Of a stretch of 15,223 nucleotides of DNA, positions 8,498 through 15,223 are shown piece by piece (position 1 is the first letter of the stretch; each line of letters begins with the position of its first letter). The notes under the pieces are model-generated. The model had not been told where the DNA came from, did no database searches, and saw only the letters and a program-made list of their open reading frames with translations. Source of the DNA: Sumerlaeia bacterium (GTDB lineage Bacteria; Sumerlaeota; Sumerlaeia; SLMS01; JAHLLQ01); contig JAVJSW010000038.1 of NCBI GenBank assembly GCA_040219255.1, positions 1 to 15,223 on the forward strand. The letters are read 5' to 3'. The position numbers and the translations under genes were made by a program.

Positions 8498-8692
8498 GTT
8501 GCAATCCTCCACGGCGCCGATCAAAGCGAAGGCGGCCACGGCATGGATGCGGCCGGGGAAGGCGGCCATCCAGATTTCATAAGCTGCCTCCCACCCCATT
8601 CGGCGAAGGTCCACGAACGAACCGATACCCACCGCTTCCAGTTCGGCAGCGCATTTCGGGCCGCTGTTGCGCGCTTTTTCCAGGGGCGTCAT
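8498..8692 (-). pseudogene. TfoX/Sxy C-terminal domain (HhH-like) gene with a damaged 3' end
   Basis: MTPLEKARNSGPKCAAELEAVGIGSFVDLRRMGWEAAY...FALIGAVEDC matches the TfoX_C pattern (NIGP...L...GI...L+.LG..EAY...AL.GA). GGAGG RBS upstream. There is no stop at the expected ~90 aa, and the frame runs on to 7622. The 3' boundary is approximate. Confidence 0.65.
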
Positions 8693-8909
8693 GCGGGCGG
8701 GCCTCCAAACGAGAGATGCGAAACTTTAGCGAATACCGACCCGCTTTGTCAAGACCCAATCGACGGAATCTGGCAAAGTCGTCCGGGCTTCCCGATTGCC
8801 CGCCGAGGGGCCGGAAGGCAAGGTGGGAGCTGAGCGTCCGCCCCACGGCGGCGGGGCGGCCTTTGAGCCCGCCCTGGGCCGATTTCGTTTCGCGAGAGGA
8901 GCACGCGAG

Positions 8910-10286
8910 GTGCCTGAAGAGAGACGAATTCCGAGGCGTTGGACCAAGCCGCTTTGCCTTTGTTGCGCCATGCTCTTCCTTATCAAGAGCGGCGAGGCGG
9001 CCCTTATCCATGTTCCCGCCGACGTGGCGAGTATTCAGGAAGCCGTGGATTTGGCGGTGGAGGGGGACGAGGTGATTGTGGCCGAGGGCACATATTTCGA
9101 GAATGTGAAGTTACGAGGGCGAAACATTATATTAAGGAGCGAAAGCCCGGATAGTTGGGATTGCGTGCGAAAAACGGTTATAGATGGAGGAGGGTTGGGA
9201 ACCGTCGTAACGTTCGATGGGGGGGAGGAGCCGGACTGCATATTGGAGGGCTTCACGATCACGGGCGGTACCGGCACTCTGGTCCGGAGTGTGTCAACGG
9301 TGGTAGTGGGAGGAGGTGTTTGGGGTAGAAAAGATATCGAGTCAAGCTCTACAAGGGCGACATTACGTAAATGCGTAATAAGAGATAATGAAGTTATTGC
9401 CCCACCGGGCAGCAAGAATATATTTACATATGGAGCAGGGATATACTCATTTGCAGGAAAGATTGAAGGCAATATAATAGTAGATAACAAGTCGTTTGGT
9501 TTGATTTTTGGCGTTGTAGATGAGGAAATTGTATACAATGCGGGCTTTGGCGGCGGAGTGGCATACTGTCACGGCTTGATTATCAGAAACATAATAAAAA
9601 ATAATTGGGCGTCAGATTCCGGTGGTGGATTGTATGAATGCCGACGCGAGATTGCTTACAATAGAATAGAAGGGAATCGTGCGTATCGCGGAGCAGGAGT
9701 GATGGATGGCAGAGAATCTGCTGTCATTGGGAATGAAATTGTTGGCAATCGCTCGGACACCATAGGTGGCGGAATATACATAAACTACAATGTGGTGTAC
9801 AATAACGTGATCTATGATAATTATGCGCTATTGGGTGGCGGCGCCGTGAGTTGCCGCGGGAAATTCTGGAATAACACGGTGTATGGAAACGTGGGTTTTG
9901 GTGTAAATGATTTTGCTTGGGGGAGCATGAAAAACTGCATTATATGGGGAAACACGAACAGTGGGACGGGAGAGATCCAGAATGTATCGGCGCTTGGGCT
10001 AGAGCCAACGGCGTGCATCATAGAACTGTGGGATGGGGGTGGAGTGGGAGTTGTGGCAAATAATCCATTGTTTCAGGATCCCGCGAATGGAAATTTTGAG
10101 CTGCAACCCGGTTCGCCCGCCATAGACGCCGGGACGACAACGACTCTTGACCGAGACTTCGAAGGAAATCCCCGCCCCGTCCGGTCCGTCTTCTTCGAAG
10201 ACCGAGGCGATGGTTCCGCCTTCGACATCGGCGCCTACGAGTTTCAAGAAATCGTGGAACCGCCACACGGGCTCATGGCCCGGTAG
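8910..10286 (+). CDS. Secreted right-handed parallel beta-helix (pectin-lyase-like) protein with a choice-of-anchor-Q-like C-terminus, about 458 aa
   Basis: GAGGAG lies 8 nt before the GTG at 8910, followed by a signal-like leader. IHVPADVASIQEAVD...GDEVIVAEGTYFENV, LEGFTITGG, repeated I..N.I..N.A..GGG units, and NPLF...GNFELQPGSPAIDAG...DFEGNPR...DIGAYE. Confidence 0.85.
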   Translation: MPEERRIPRRWTKPLCLCCAMLFLIKSGEAALIHVPADVASIQEAVDLAVEGDEVIVAEGTYFENVKLRGRNIILRSESPDSWDCVRKTVIDGGGLGTVVTFDGGEEPDCILEGFTITGGTGTLVRSVSTVVVGGGVWGRKDIESSSTRATLRKCVIRDNEVIAPPGSKNIFTYGAGIYSFAGKIEGNIIVDNKSFGLIFGVVDEEIVYNAGFGGGVAYCHGLIIRNIIKNNWASDSGGGLYECRREIAYNRIEGNRAYRGAGVMDGRESAVIGNEIVGNRSDTIGGGIYINYNVVYNNVIYDNYALLGGGAVSCRGKFWNNTVYGNVGFGVNDFAWGSMKNCIIWGNTNSGTGEIQNVSALGLEPTACIIELWDGGGVGVVANNPLFQDPANGNFELQPGSPAIDAGTTTTLDRDFEGNPRPVRSVFFEDRGDGSAFDIGAYEFQEIVEPPHGLMAR

Positions 10287-10328
10287 CGCCCTCGGAGCCA
10301 TTGCCCGCTTTGGCGGCGCGCGGGATGC

Positions 10329-11447
10329 CTAGACCCCCGCCAGCAACCCGTCCGGCGTTTGCTTCTCGAGGTTGTGGGCCTCGGCCACGCCGGGGTGCAC
10401 CACGCGGCCGCCGATGATGTTGAGGCCCTTGAGGAAGTAGGGGTCGAGTTGCAGAATCGCCAGCCCCTGATCCGCCAGGCGGAACAGGTAGGGCGCCGTG
10501 GCGTTTGTCAGGGCGAAGGTGCTGGTGCGGGCCACGGCGCCGGGCATGTTCGTGACGCAGTAATGGATGATGCCTTCCTCCTCGAAAACCGGGTTGCTGT
10601 GCGAGGTCGGGCGCGAGGACTCGAAGCAGCCGCCCTGGTCGATGGCCACGTCCACCAGCACGGCGCCGCGGTTCATGATGCCGAGATATTCCTTGCGAAC
10701 GACCCAGGGCGCCCGGGCGCCGGTCAGATACACGCTGCCGATGACGACGTCGGCGCGGCGGAGTTGGTCCTGGATGTTGTGGTCGTTGGCATAGAGGGTC
10801 GAGACGTTGGCCGGCATCACATCGTCGAGGTACCGCAGGCGGTCCAGATCGACGTCCATCATGGTGACGCGCGCGCCGAGGCCGGCGGCCATTTTGGCGG
10901 CGTTCGTGCCCACCACGCCGCCGCCGATGACGACGACGCGGGCGCTCTTGACCCCCGGCACGCCGCCCATCAGGGTGCCGCGGCCGCCGTGGGGGCTCTC
11001 CAGATATTTGGCGCCCTGCTGCACAGAGAGCCGGCCGGCGATTTCGCTCATCGGCGTCAGCAGCGGATGGCGCCGCAGCCGGTCCTCGACCGTTTCATAG
11101 GCGATGCAGGTCGCGCCGCTTGCGATCATGGCCTTGGTCAGAGGCTCGCTGCTGGCGAAGTGGAAGTAGGTGAAGAGCGTTTGGCCTTCGCGGATGTGCT
11201 CCCATTCCTGAGCCATCGGCTCCTTGACCTTCGCGATCAGGTCGCCCTCGGCCCAGACCTCGGCGGCTGTGTCCAGCACTGTCGCGCCCACGGTGCGATA
11301 ATCTTCATCGCTCAGGCCGACGCCGCCGCCGGCGCCGCTTTGCACGAACACCTGATGACCGCGTTTGGTCAGCTCCCGAACGCCGCTCGGCACCACGGCC
11401 ACGCGAAATTCCTGATCCTTGACTTCTTTCGGCACACCAATTTTCAT
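10329..11447 (-). CDS. ald: Alanine dehydrogenase, 372 aa
   Basis: MKIGVPKEVKDQEFRVA, KVKEP, LFTYFHFA, IAYETV, PLLTPMSEIAGR, IGGGVVG, DVAIDQGGCFE and HYCVTNMPGAVARTSTFALTNAT. Confidence 0.97.
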   Translation of the reverse strand: MKIGVPKEVKDQEFRVAVVPSGVRELTKRGHQVFVQSGAGGGVGLSDEDYRTVGATVLDTAAEVWAEGDLIAKVKEPMAQEWEHIREGQTLFTYFHFASSEPLTKAMIASGATCIAYETVEDRLRRHPLLTPMSEIAGRLSVQQGAKYLESPHGGRGTLMGGVPGVKSARVVVIGGGVVGTNAAKMAAGLGARVTMMDVDLDRLRYLDDVMPANVSTLYANDHNIQDQLRRADVVIGSVYLTGARAPWVVRKEYLGIMNRGAVLVDVAIDQGGCFESSRPTSHSNPVFEEEGIIHYCVTNMPGAVARTSTFALTNATAPYLFRLADQGLAILQLDPYFLKGLNIIGGRVVHPGVAEAHNLEKQTPDGLLAGV

Positions 11448-11860
11448 GGCCCATGGCCTCCATATCGGGAGAGAGTGACTCTAGCCGCGCGCACGGGGCC
11501 GTGCCCCCTTGGCTTCAGAGCGGTCTAAAACTCGTTGCTAGCAATCGTCTGCATGCCGGGGCAACAGGCATTTGTCATAGGGGCGAGCCGCGCGCGCCGC
11601 CGATAGCCGGGACCTGCAGGGCGCCAGGGCGGCCGCTGAGGGGGGTGGTGAAGGTGTGAGTCATGGCGAGGCGCTCCTGTGCTGTGGCATCAGACAGGAG
11701 GAGCGTCTCACAGCCCCGGCCGTTTGTCCCTTCTTGTGGCACTTGTGGAGCAAAATAGACAAGATTCACTTATCGGACTAAACCGACAAGAACACCAACG
11801 GAGCAGGTAAGCCGAGGGATGGGAGGACTTTGAAACCGCGAGATGGACGCGGAGGAGGTG

Positions 11861-11944
11861 GTTCGTAGTTCCGCGTTTACGCGGAATGCGCCGAAACCCG
11901 CCGGGTCCTCGGCCACAGAGTCCTAGGGCGGCGGGACTCTAAAG
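11861..11944. repeat. GTAG-type REP palindrome with a degenerate inverted partner (REPIN-like)
   Basis: GTAG (11865-11868) is directly followed by TTCCGCGT-TT-ACGCGGAA (11869-11886). GCGGGACTCTAAAG (11931-11944) partly matches the reverse complement of GTTCGTAGTTCCGC. Confidence 0.5.
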
Positions 11945-12080
11945 CCCCCCCTCCCCTCTTGACGGCGCCGCCGCCTTTGCCTTCCATTTCCTTTGTCCAG
12001 ATTCTTCCGAGACCGAATCTGAGGGGCCGCAGGGGCGGTCTGGCTTTCCGGCGGTTCCGGGGGGCGCTTCGCTGGGTATT

Positions 12081-14255
12081 ATGGCCGGTTCTTCCGCGAA
12101 CAATCCCGAGTCCGTCCCCGGGCGCGAGCCCGCGTTGCGCGAAATCCAGGCCGCGCAGCAGCGCCTCGCCGCAGCCCTCGCGCGCCTTCAGTCGGACCTC
12201 GGCGGCGATGCGCCCGCTCTGGACGAAGACCCCGCCGCTTCCGCCGCGGGCGAAGGCCACGGCCGCCTTTTCGAACTGACCAGCGACCTTCTCGCCGTTG
12301 TCGAGGCCTCGGGCTCGCTCCTGCGCGTCAATGGCGCCTGGACCGCGACGCTTGGGTTCGAGAGCCGCCAGCTCCTCGAATGGCCCCTGGCCGAGGTGAT
12401 CTATCCCGACGACCGCGACCGCGCCCGGCGCCTGATGGTGCGCGTGGCGGAAAGCACCGAGCCCCAGCGCGCGGAACTGCGGTTCCGGCGCCGCAGCGGC
12501 GGCTGGCGATGGATGTCGTGCGTGGTGGCGCCCGATCATCACGAGGGCGTGTTCTACCTGGCGGCTCACGATGTGACGCGGCTGAAGGAAACGGAGCGTT
12601 CGCTGCGCGAGAGCGAGGGCGCCATCCGCGGGCTGTACGAAATCATCGCCGACCGCGATCTGGATCGGTCGCTGTGCAATCTGTTGTCCTTTGGCACGCA
12701 TCACTTTGGTCTGATGATCGGTGTGATCGCGCGGATCGAGGGGCCGAATTGGCGCGTGGTGGAAATCTGTCCGCCGGACGAGATGTCGCTGACCCGGGGC
12801 GAGGCCTATCCGGTGGAGGAAACGTTCTGCCGCGATGTGCTGCGCGGGGGCGAAGTGCTCGCCCTGCCGTCCGTCGGCGAGTCCGCCCACGCCACCCACC
12901 GGGCGTTTCAGGCGCGCCGCGTGGAAGCCTATCTGGGTCTGCCGCTCCAGGTCGATGGCCGGGCCTGGGGAACGCTGTCGTTTATCGACTTGATGCCGCG
13001 CAAGGAGCCCTTTCGCGAGACGGACTTGGACCTGCTGCGGCTGATGGGACAATGGGTCGAGGCGGTGCTGGAAAACCGCGCCGCCCGCGACCGCGCCGAG
13101 TCGCTGCGCGAGCGCATCCAGCAGGCCCAGCGCCTGGACAGTCTCGCCGTGATGGCCAGCCGTATCGCCCACGATTTCAACAACCTGCTGATGGGAATCC
13201 TGGGCCACGCGGACATGATGCGGATGGGGTTGCCACCGGACTCGCCGTACCTGCGCAGTGTCGATCAGATCAAATCCAGCGCCCAGCGCGCCACCGACCT
13301 GACGCGCCAGTTGGCGGCCTATTCGGGGCGGGGGCATTTCCGCCTGGAACCGTTGGATTTGAACGGGTTGCTGCGCCAGTTGGAACCCAACCTGCGCGCC
13401 ATCCGGGGCGCCGGGGACGCCCTGCGCATCCAGCCCAGCACTAACCTGCCGCCTGTCACGGCCGACAACGCGCTCCTCAGCCAGATCGTCGCCAACCTCG
13501 TCACCAACGCCGTCGATGGCATCGCCAACACCCCCGGCGCCGAGATCGTGGTGCGCGCCTCGCTCTGTCCCGAGCCCCCGCGCGAGGACGATGGTTTCTT
13601 GATTTCGGAAGACCTGGCCGATGGGCCTTTTGTCTGTCTGGAGGTGCGCGATACCGGCGAGGGCATGGACGAAGCCACCCTGGGCCGCGTGTTCGATCCC
13701 TTCTTCACGACCCGCGCCGAGGCCCGGGGCTTCGGCTTGGCGGCCACGCTGGGCATCGTCCGCAGCCATCGCGGCGCCGTCTCCGTCACCAGCTCGCCCG
13801 GCGCCGGCTGCACCGTGCGGCTGATGCTGCCGGCCGCCACGCGCCAGACCAACGACGCCGACGAATCCACCGCCAGCGGCTGGCGCCCCAAGGGCTGCGT
13901 CCTGGTCATCGACGACGAAGCGGTGGTGCGCGATTACGTGCGCCATGTGCTCGAACGGCTCGGCGTCGAGGTGCTGGAAGCCAACCGGGGCGAGGCCGGG
14001 CTCGACCTCTTCGCCCCCCGCGCCGCCGAGGTGGGCGCCGTGCTCCTGGACATGACCATGCCCGGCATGGACGGCGCGGCCGTCCTGCGCCGCCTGCGAG
14101 CCCTCCGCCCCGACGTCCCCGTCATCGTCTCGAGCGGCTACGACGCTTCCATCGCCGAAGACCGCTTCACCGGCGAAAACCCCACCGGCTTCCTCCAGAA
14201 GCCGTACGACGCGCGGCAGTTGCTGAAGGCGTTGAGGCGGGGGATGGGTGCTTGA
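12081..14255 (+). CDS. Cytoplasmic hybrid sensor histidine kinase (PAS-GAF-HisKA-HATPase-REC, CckA-like), 724 aa
   Basis: PAS (VNGAW...LGF...IYPDDR...GGWRWM), GAF (ETFC...YLGLPLQVDGRAWGTLSF), H-box IAHDFNNLL, N-box NLVTNAVD, G1 DTGEGM, F-box FDPFFTT, G2 GFGLA, and receiver VIDDE...LLDMTMP...SSGY...LQKPY. No TM segment. Confidence 0.95.
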   Translation: MAGSSANNPESVPGREPALREIQAAQQRLAAALARLQSDLGGDAPALDEDPAASAAGEGHGRLFELTSDLLAVVEASGSLLRVNGAWTATLGFESRQLLEWPLAEVIYPDDRDRARRLMVRVAESTEPQRAELRFRRRSGGWRWMSCVVAPDHHEGVFYLAAHDVTRLKETERSLRESEGAIRGLYEIIADRDLDRSLCNLLSFGTHHFGLMIGVIARIEGPNWRVVEICPPDEMSLTRGEAYPVEETFCRDVLRGGEVLALPSVGESAHATHRAFQARRVEAYLGLPLQVDGRAWGTLSFIDLMPRKEPFRETDLDLLRLMGQWVEAVLENRAARDRAESLRERIQQAQRLDSLAVMASRIAHDFNNLLMGILGHADMMRMGLPPDSPYLRSVDQIKSSAQRATDLTRQLAAYSGRGHFRLEPLDLNGLLRQLEPNLRAIRGAGDALRIQPSTNLPPVTADNALLSQIVANLVTNAVDGIANTPGAEIVVRASLCPEPPREDDGFLISEDLADGPFVCLEVRDTGEGMDEATLGRVFDPFFTTRAEARGFGLAATLGIVRSHRGAVSVTSSPGAGCTVRLMLPAATRQTNDADESTASGWRPKGCVLVIDDEAVVRDYVRHVLERLGVEVLEANRGEAGLDLFAPRAAEVGAVLLDMTMPGMDGAAVLRRLRALRPDVPVIVSSGYDASIAEDRFTGENPTGFLQKPYDARQLLKALRRGMGA

Positions 14256-14291
14256 AACCACTTTATCCGGTGCGGATCAGGTAAGCCAGGT

Positions 14292-14310
14292 GGCGTCCGT
14301 ACAGGACGCC
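14292..14310 (+). terminator. Stem-loop downstream of the kinase
   Basis: GGCGTCC-GTACA-GGACGCC, a 7-bp perfect stem 37 bp after the stop. No U-tract. Confidence 0.35.
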
Positions 14311-14347
14311 GACAGAGATTTCTCAATATGGATAACCAAAGTGAATA

Positions 14348-14713
14348 GTGGCTGATGCAAGTGCACGAGGTGAGAAAATGGAAAGCAACGAAATCAACAC
14401 AAGTGGGAATGGGACACCAGATGTTCTAGAAATTGGCGAGGCTATGCGCTTGCTGAAATGGAAGGTTGTTCTGGAAGTACCACTGAATTCCAATGACGAT
14501 TACTTGCTATTCGTGAATCTTTGCTCTCGCTTTGGAGACATAGTGGTTGTCTTTGAAAGTCAGGAAATCCTGATTGTCCAGATTGCGGGTAAACTTAGCG
14601 GTGACGTGCGCGAATTGTGTGTGCAATTCATTGGCTTTGCAGGAGAGCTGCATGAAATATGGGGTGTAAAGTTAATACAAGGACGATCAAGGAATGAATC
14701 CAAGTACAGATAG
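14348..14713 (+). CDS. Hypothetical low-GC protein (121 aa, or 111 aa from ATG 14378)
   Basis: Open frame in an AT-richer patch. GAGGTGA precedes the ATG at 14378. The alternating beta/alpha-like pattern gives no recognisable family. Confidence 0.55.
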   Translation: MADASARGEKMESNEINTSGNGTPDVLEIGEAMRLLKWKVVLEVPLNSNDDYLLFVNLCSRFGDIVVVFESQEILIVQIAGKLSGDVRELCVQFIGFAGELHEIWGVKLIQGRSRNESKYR

Positions 14714-14751
14714 CATGCGGCAAGCTGGTAATCGTTTAGGAGAGTATACGT

Positions 14752-15223
14752 ATGAAAACGTTTGCGACTATCGCTTTGGTGGCTTTTTGCTCAAGGTGGT
14801 GCATCGCCGCCGGCTTCCACTACCTCCTGGAAGGCCACGCCGACCCCTCCGCTCCCGTCATCGAACGGCGGGGGCGGGGGACGGCGAGCGGTGAGGTGTT
14901 GCATCCGGCGGGGTTGATTCTGCCGGCGGACCGGCTGTTTCGCGAGTTCGTGTTGGATGCGGAGACGCTTCAGGTCGGGTACGCCGACTTCGTCTCGCCA
15001 GCCGTCGGCCTCAGCATGGAGCTGCCGACGTTCGATCTGGGTCCGGACCCGTGGGGCGACGCCGATGTACTCGCCCATGCCACCCAGGCCGTCGCCATCG
15101 GCGTCGCCCCACGGGTCCGGACCCAGATCGAACGTCGGCAGCTCCATGCTGAGGCCGACGGCTGGCGAGACGAAGTCGGCGTACCCGACCTGAAGCGTCT
15201 CCGCATCCAACACGAACTCGCGA
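14752..15223 (+). CDS. ORF missing from the track, open to the window end: signal-like leader plus an extracellular-protein-like segment with a DxDGDG motif, disrupted by the fold-back at about 15067
   Basis: AGGAG upstream of the ATG at 14752. It reads MKTFATIALVAFCSRWCIAAGFHYLLEGHADPSAPVIERRGRGTASGEVLHPAGLILPADRLFREFVLDAETLQVGYADFVSPAVGLSMELPTFDLGPDPWGDAD with no stop through 15223. The inverted loop supplies the natural-looking continuation GDGLGGMGEYI. Confidence 0.6.
   Translation, partial: MKTFATIALVAFCSRWCIAAGFHYLLEGHADPSAPVIERRGRGTASGEVLHPAGLILPADRLFREFVLDAETLQVGYADFVSPAVGLSMELPTFDLGPDPWGDADVLAHATQAVAIGVAPRVRTQIERRQLHAEADGWRDEVGVPDLKRLRIQHELA
14940..15223. repeat. Perfect inverted repeat: 128-bp arms (14940-15067 and 15096-15223) with a 28-nt spacer
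   Basis: The last 128 bases are the reverse complement of 14940-15067, and the ORF track shows identical peptides on both strands. The spacer is TACTCGCCCATGCCACCCAGGCCGTCGC. Confidence 0.97.

Noticed and set aside
9100-10286. Beta-helix gene as a diversity-generating retroelement target
   Set aside because: There is no reverse transcriptase and no template/variable repeat pair in the window.
11737-11752. TGGCAC-N7-GCA as a sigma54 promoter
   Set aside because: The GG-N10-GC spacing fits, but the TT before GC is missing and the site is about 330 bp from the next + strand gene.
2738-14261. Long antisense or alternate-frame ORFs (2818..4206, 3989..5053, 5046..6539, 7156..9075, 10359..11528, 11877..14261, 12380..13444 and others)
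   Set aside because: They are shadow ORFs of well-supported genes in GC-rich DNA, with Arg/His/Pro-rich or mirror-codon composition and no motifs.
14791-14930. The minus-strand ORF tail (DDGSGGVGVAFQEVVE) resembles the beta-helix C-terminus (GDGSAFDIGAYEFQEIVE), suggesting a silent cassette
   Set aside because: It is the antisense of the better + strand frame, lacks the DIGAYE core, and I see no extended nucleotide match. Treated as coincidence.
14957-15213. Paired near-identical ORFs on opposite strands as real duplicated genes
   Set aside because: They follow directly from the fold-back palindrome.

Overview
GC-rich bacterial chromosomal segment, probably a whole assembly contig. It begins inside the end of an IS481-family element (1-141) and ends in a perfect 128-bp fold-back palindrome (14940-15223). 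The left 2.7 kb is a lower-GC accessory islet with a Schlafen/AlbA_2-HATPase-wHTH gene and an unknown ORF split by an in-frame TGA. Next come an ATP-grasp (DUF4343/R2K-like) gene and a secreted SH3-NlpC/P60 peptidase, a family I CoA-transferase, two small membrane proteins, a metallophosphoesterase and a damaged TfoX_C gene. The right half holds a secreted beta-helix protein with an AT-rich core, alanine dehydrogenase, a REP-like palindrome, a PAS-GAF hybrid histidine kinase, a low-GC orphan and an unannotated ORF from 14752 that is cut by the fold-back. I see no rRNA, tRNA, CRISPR array or reverse transcriptase, and no complete novel system can be demonstrated. The best leads are the mosaic beta-helix gene, the Schlafen islet with its TGA-split neighbour, and the ATP-grasp/NlpC pair. 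The terminal palindrome is most likely technical. All family assignments come from motif recognition by eye, not from database searches.
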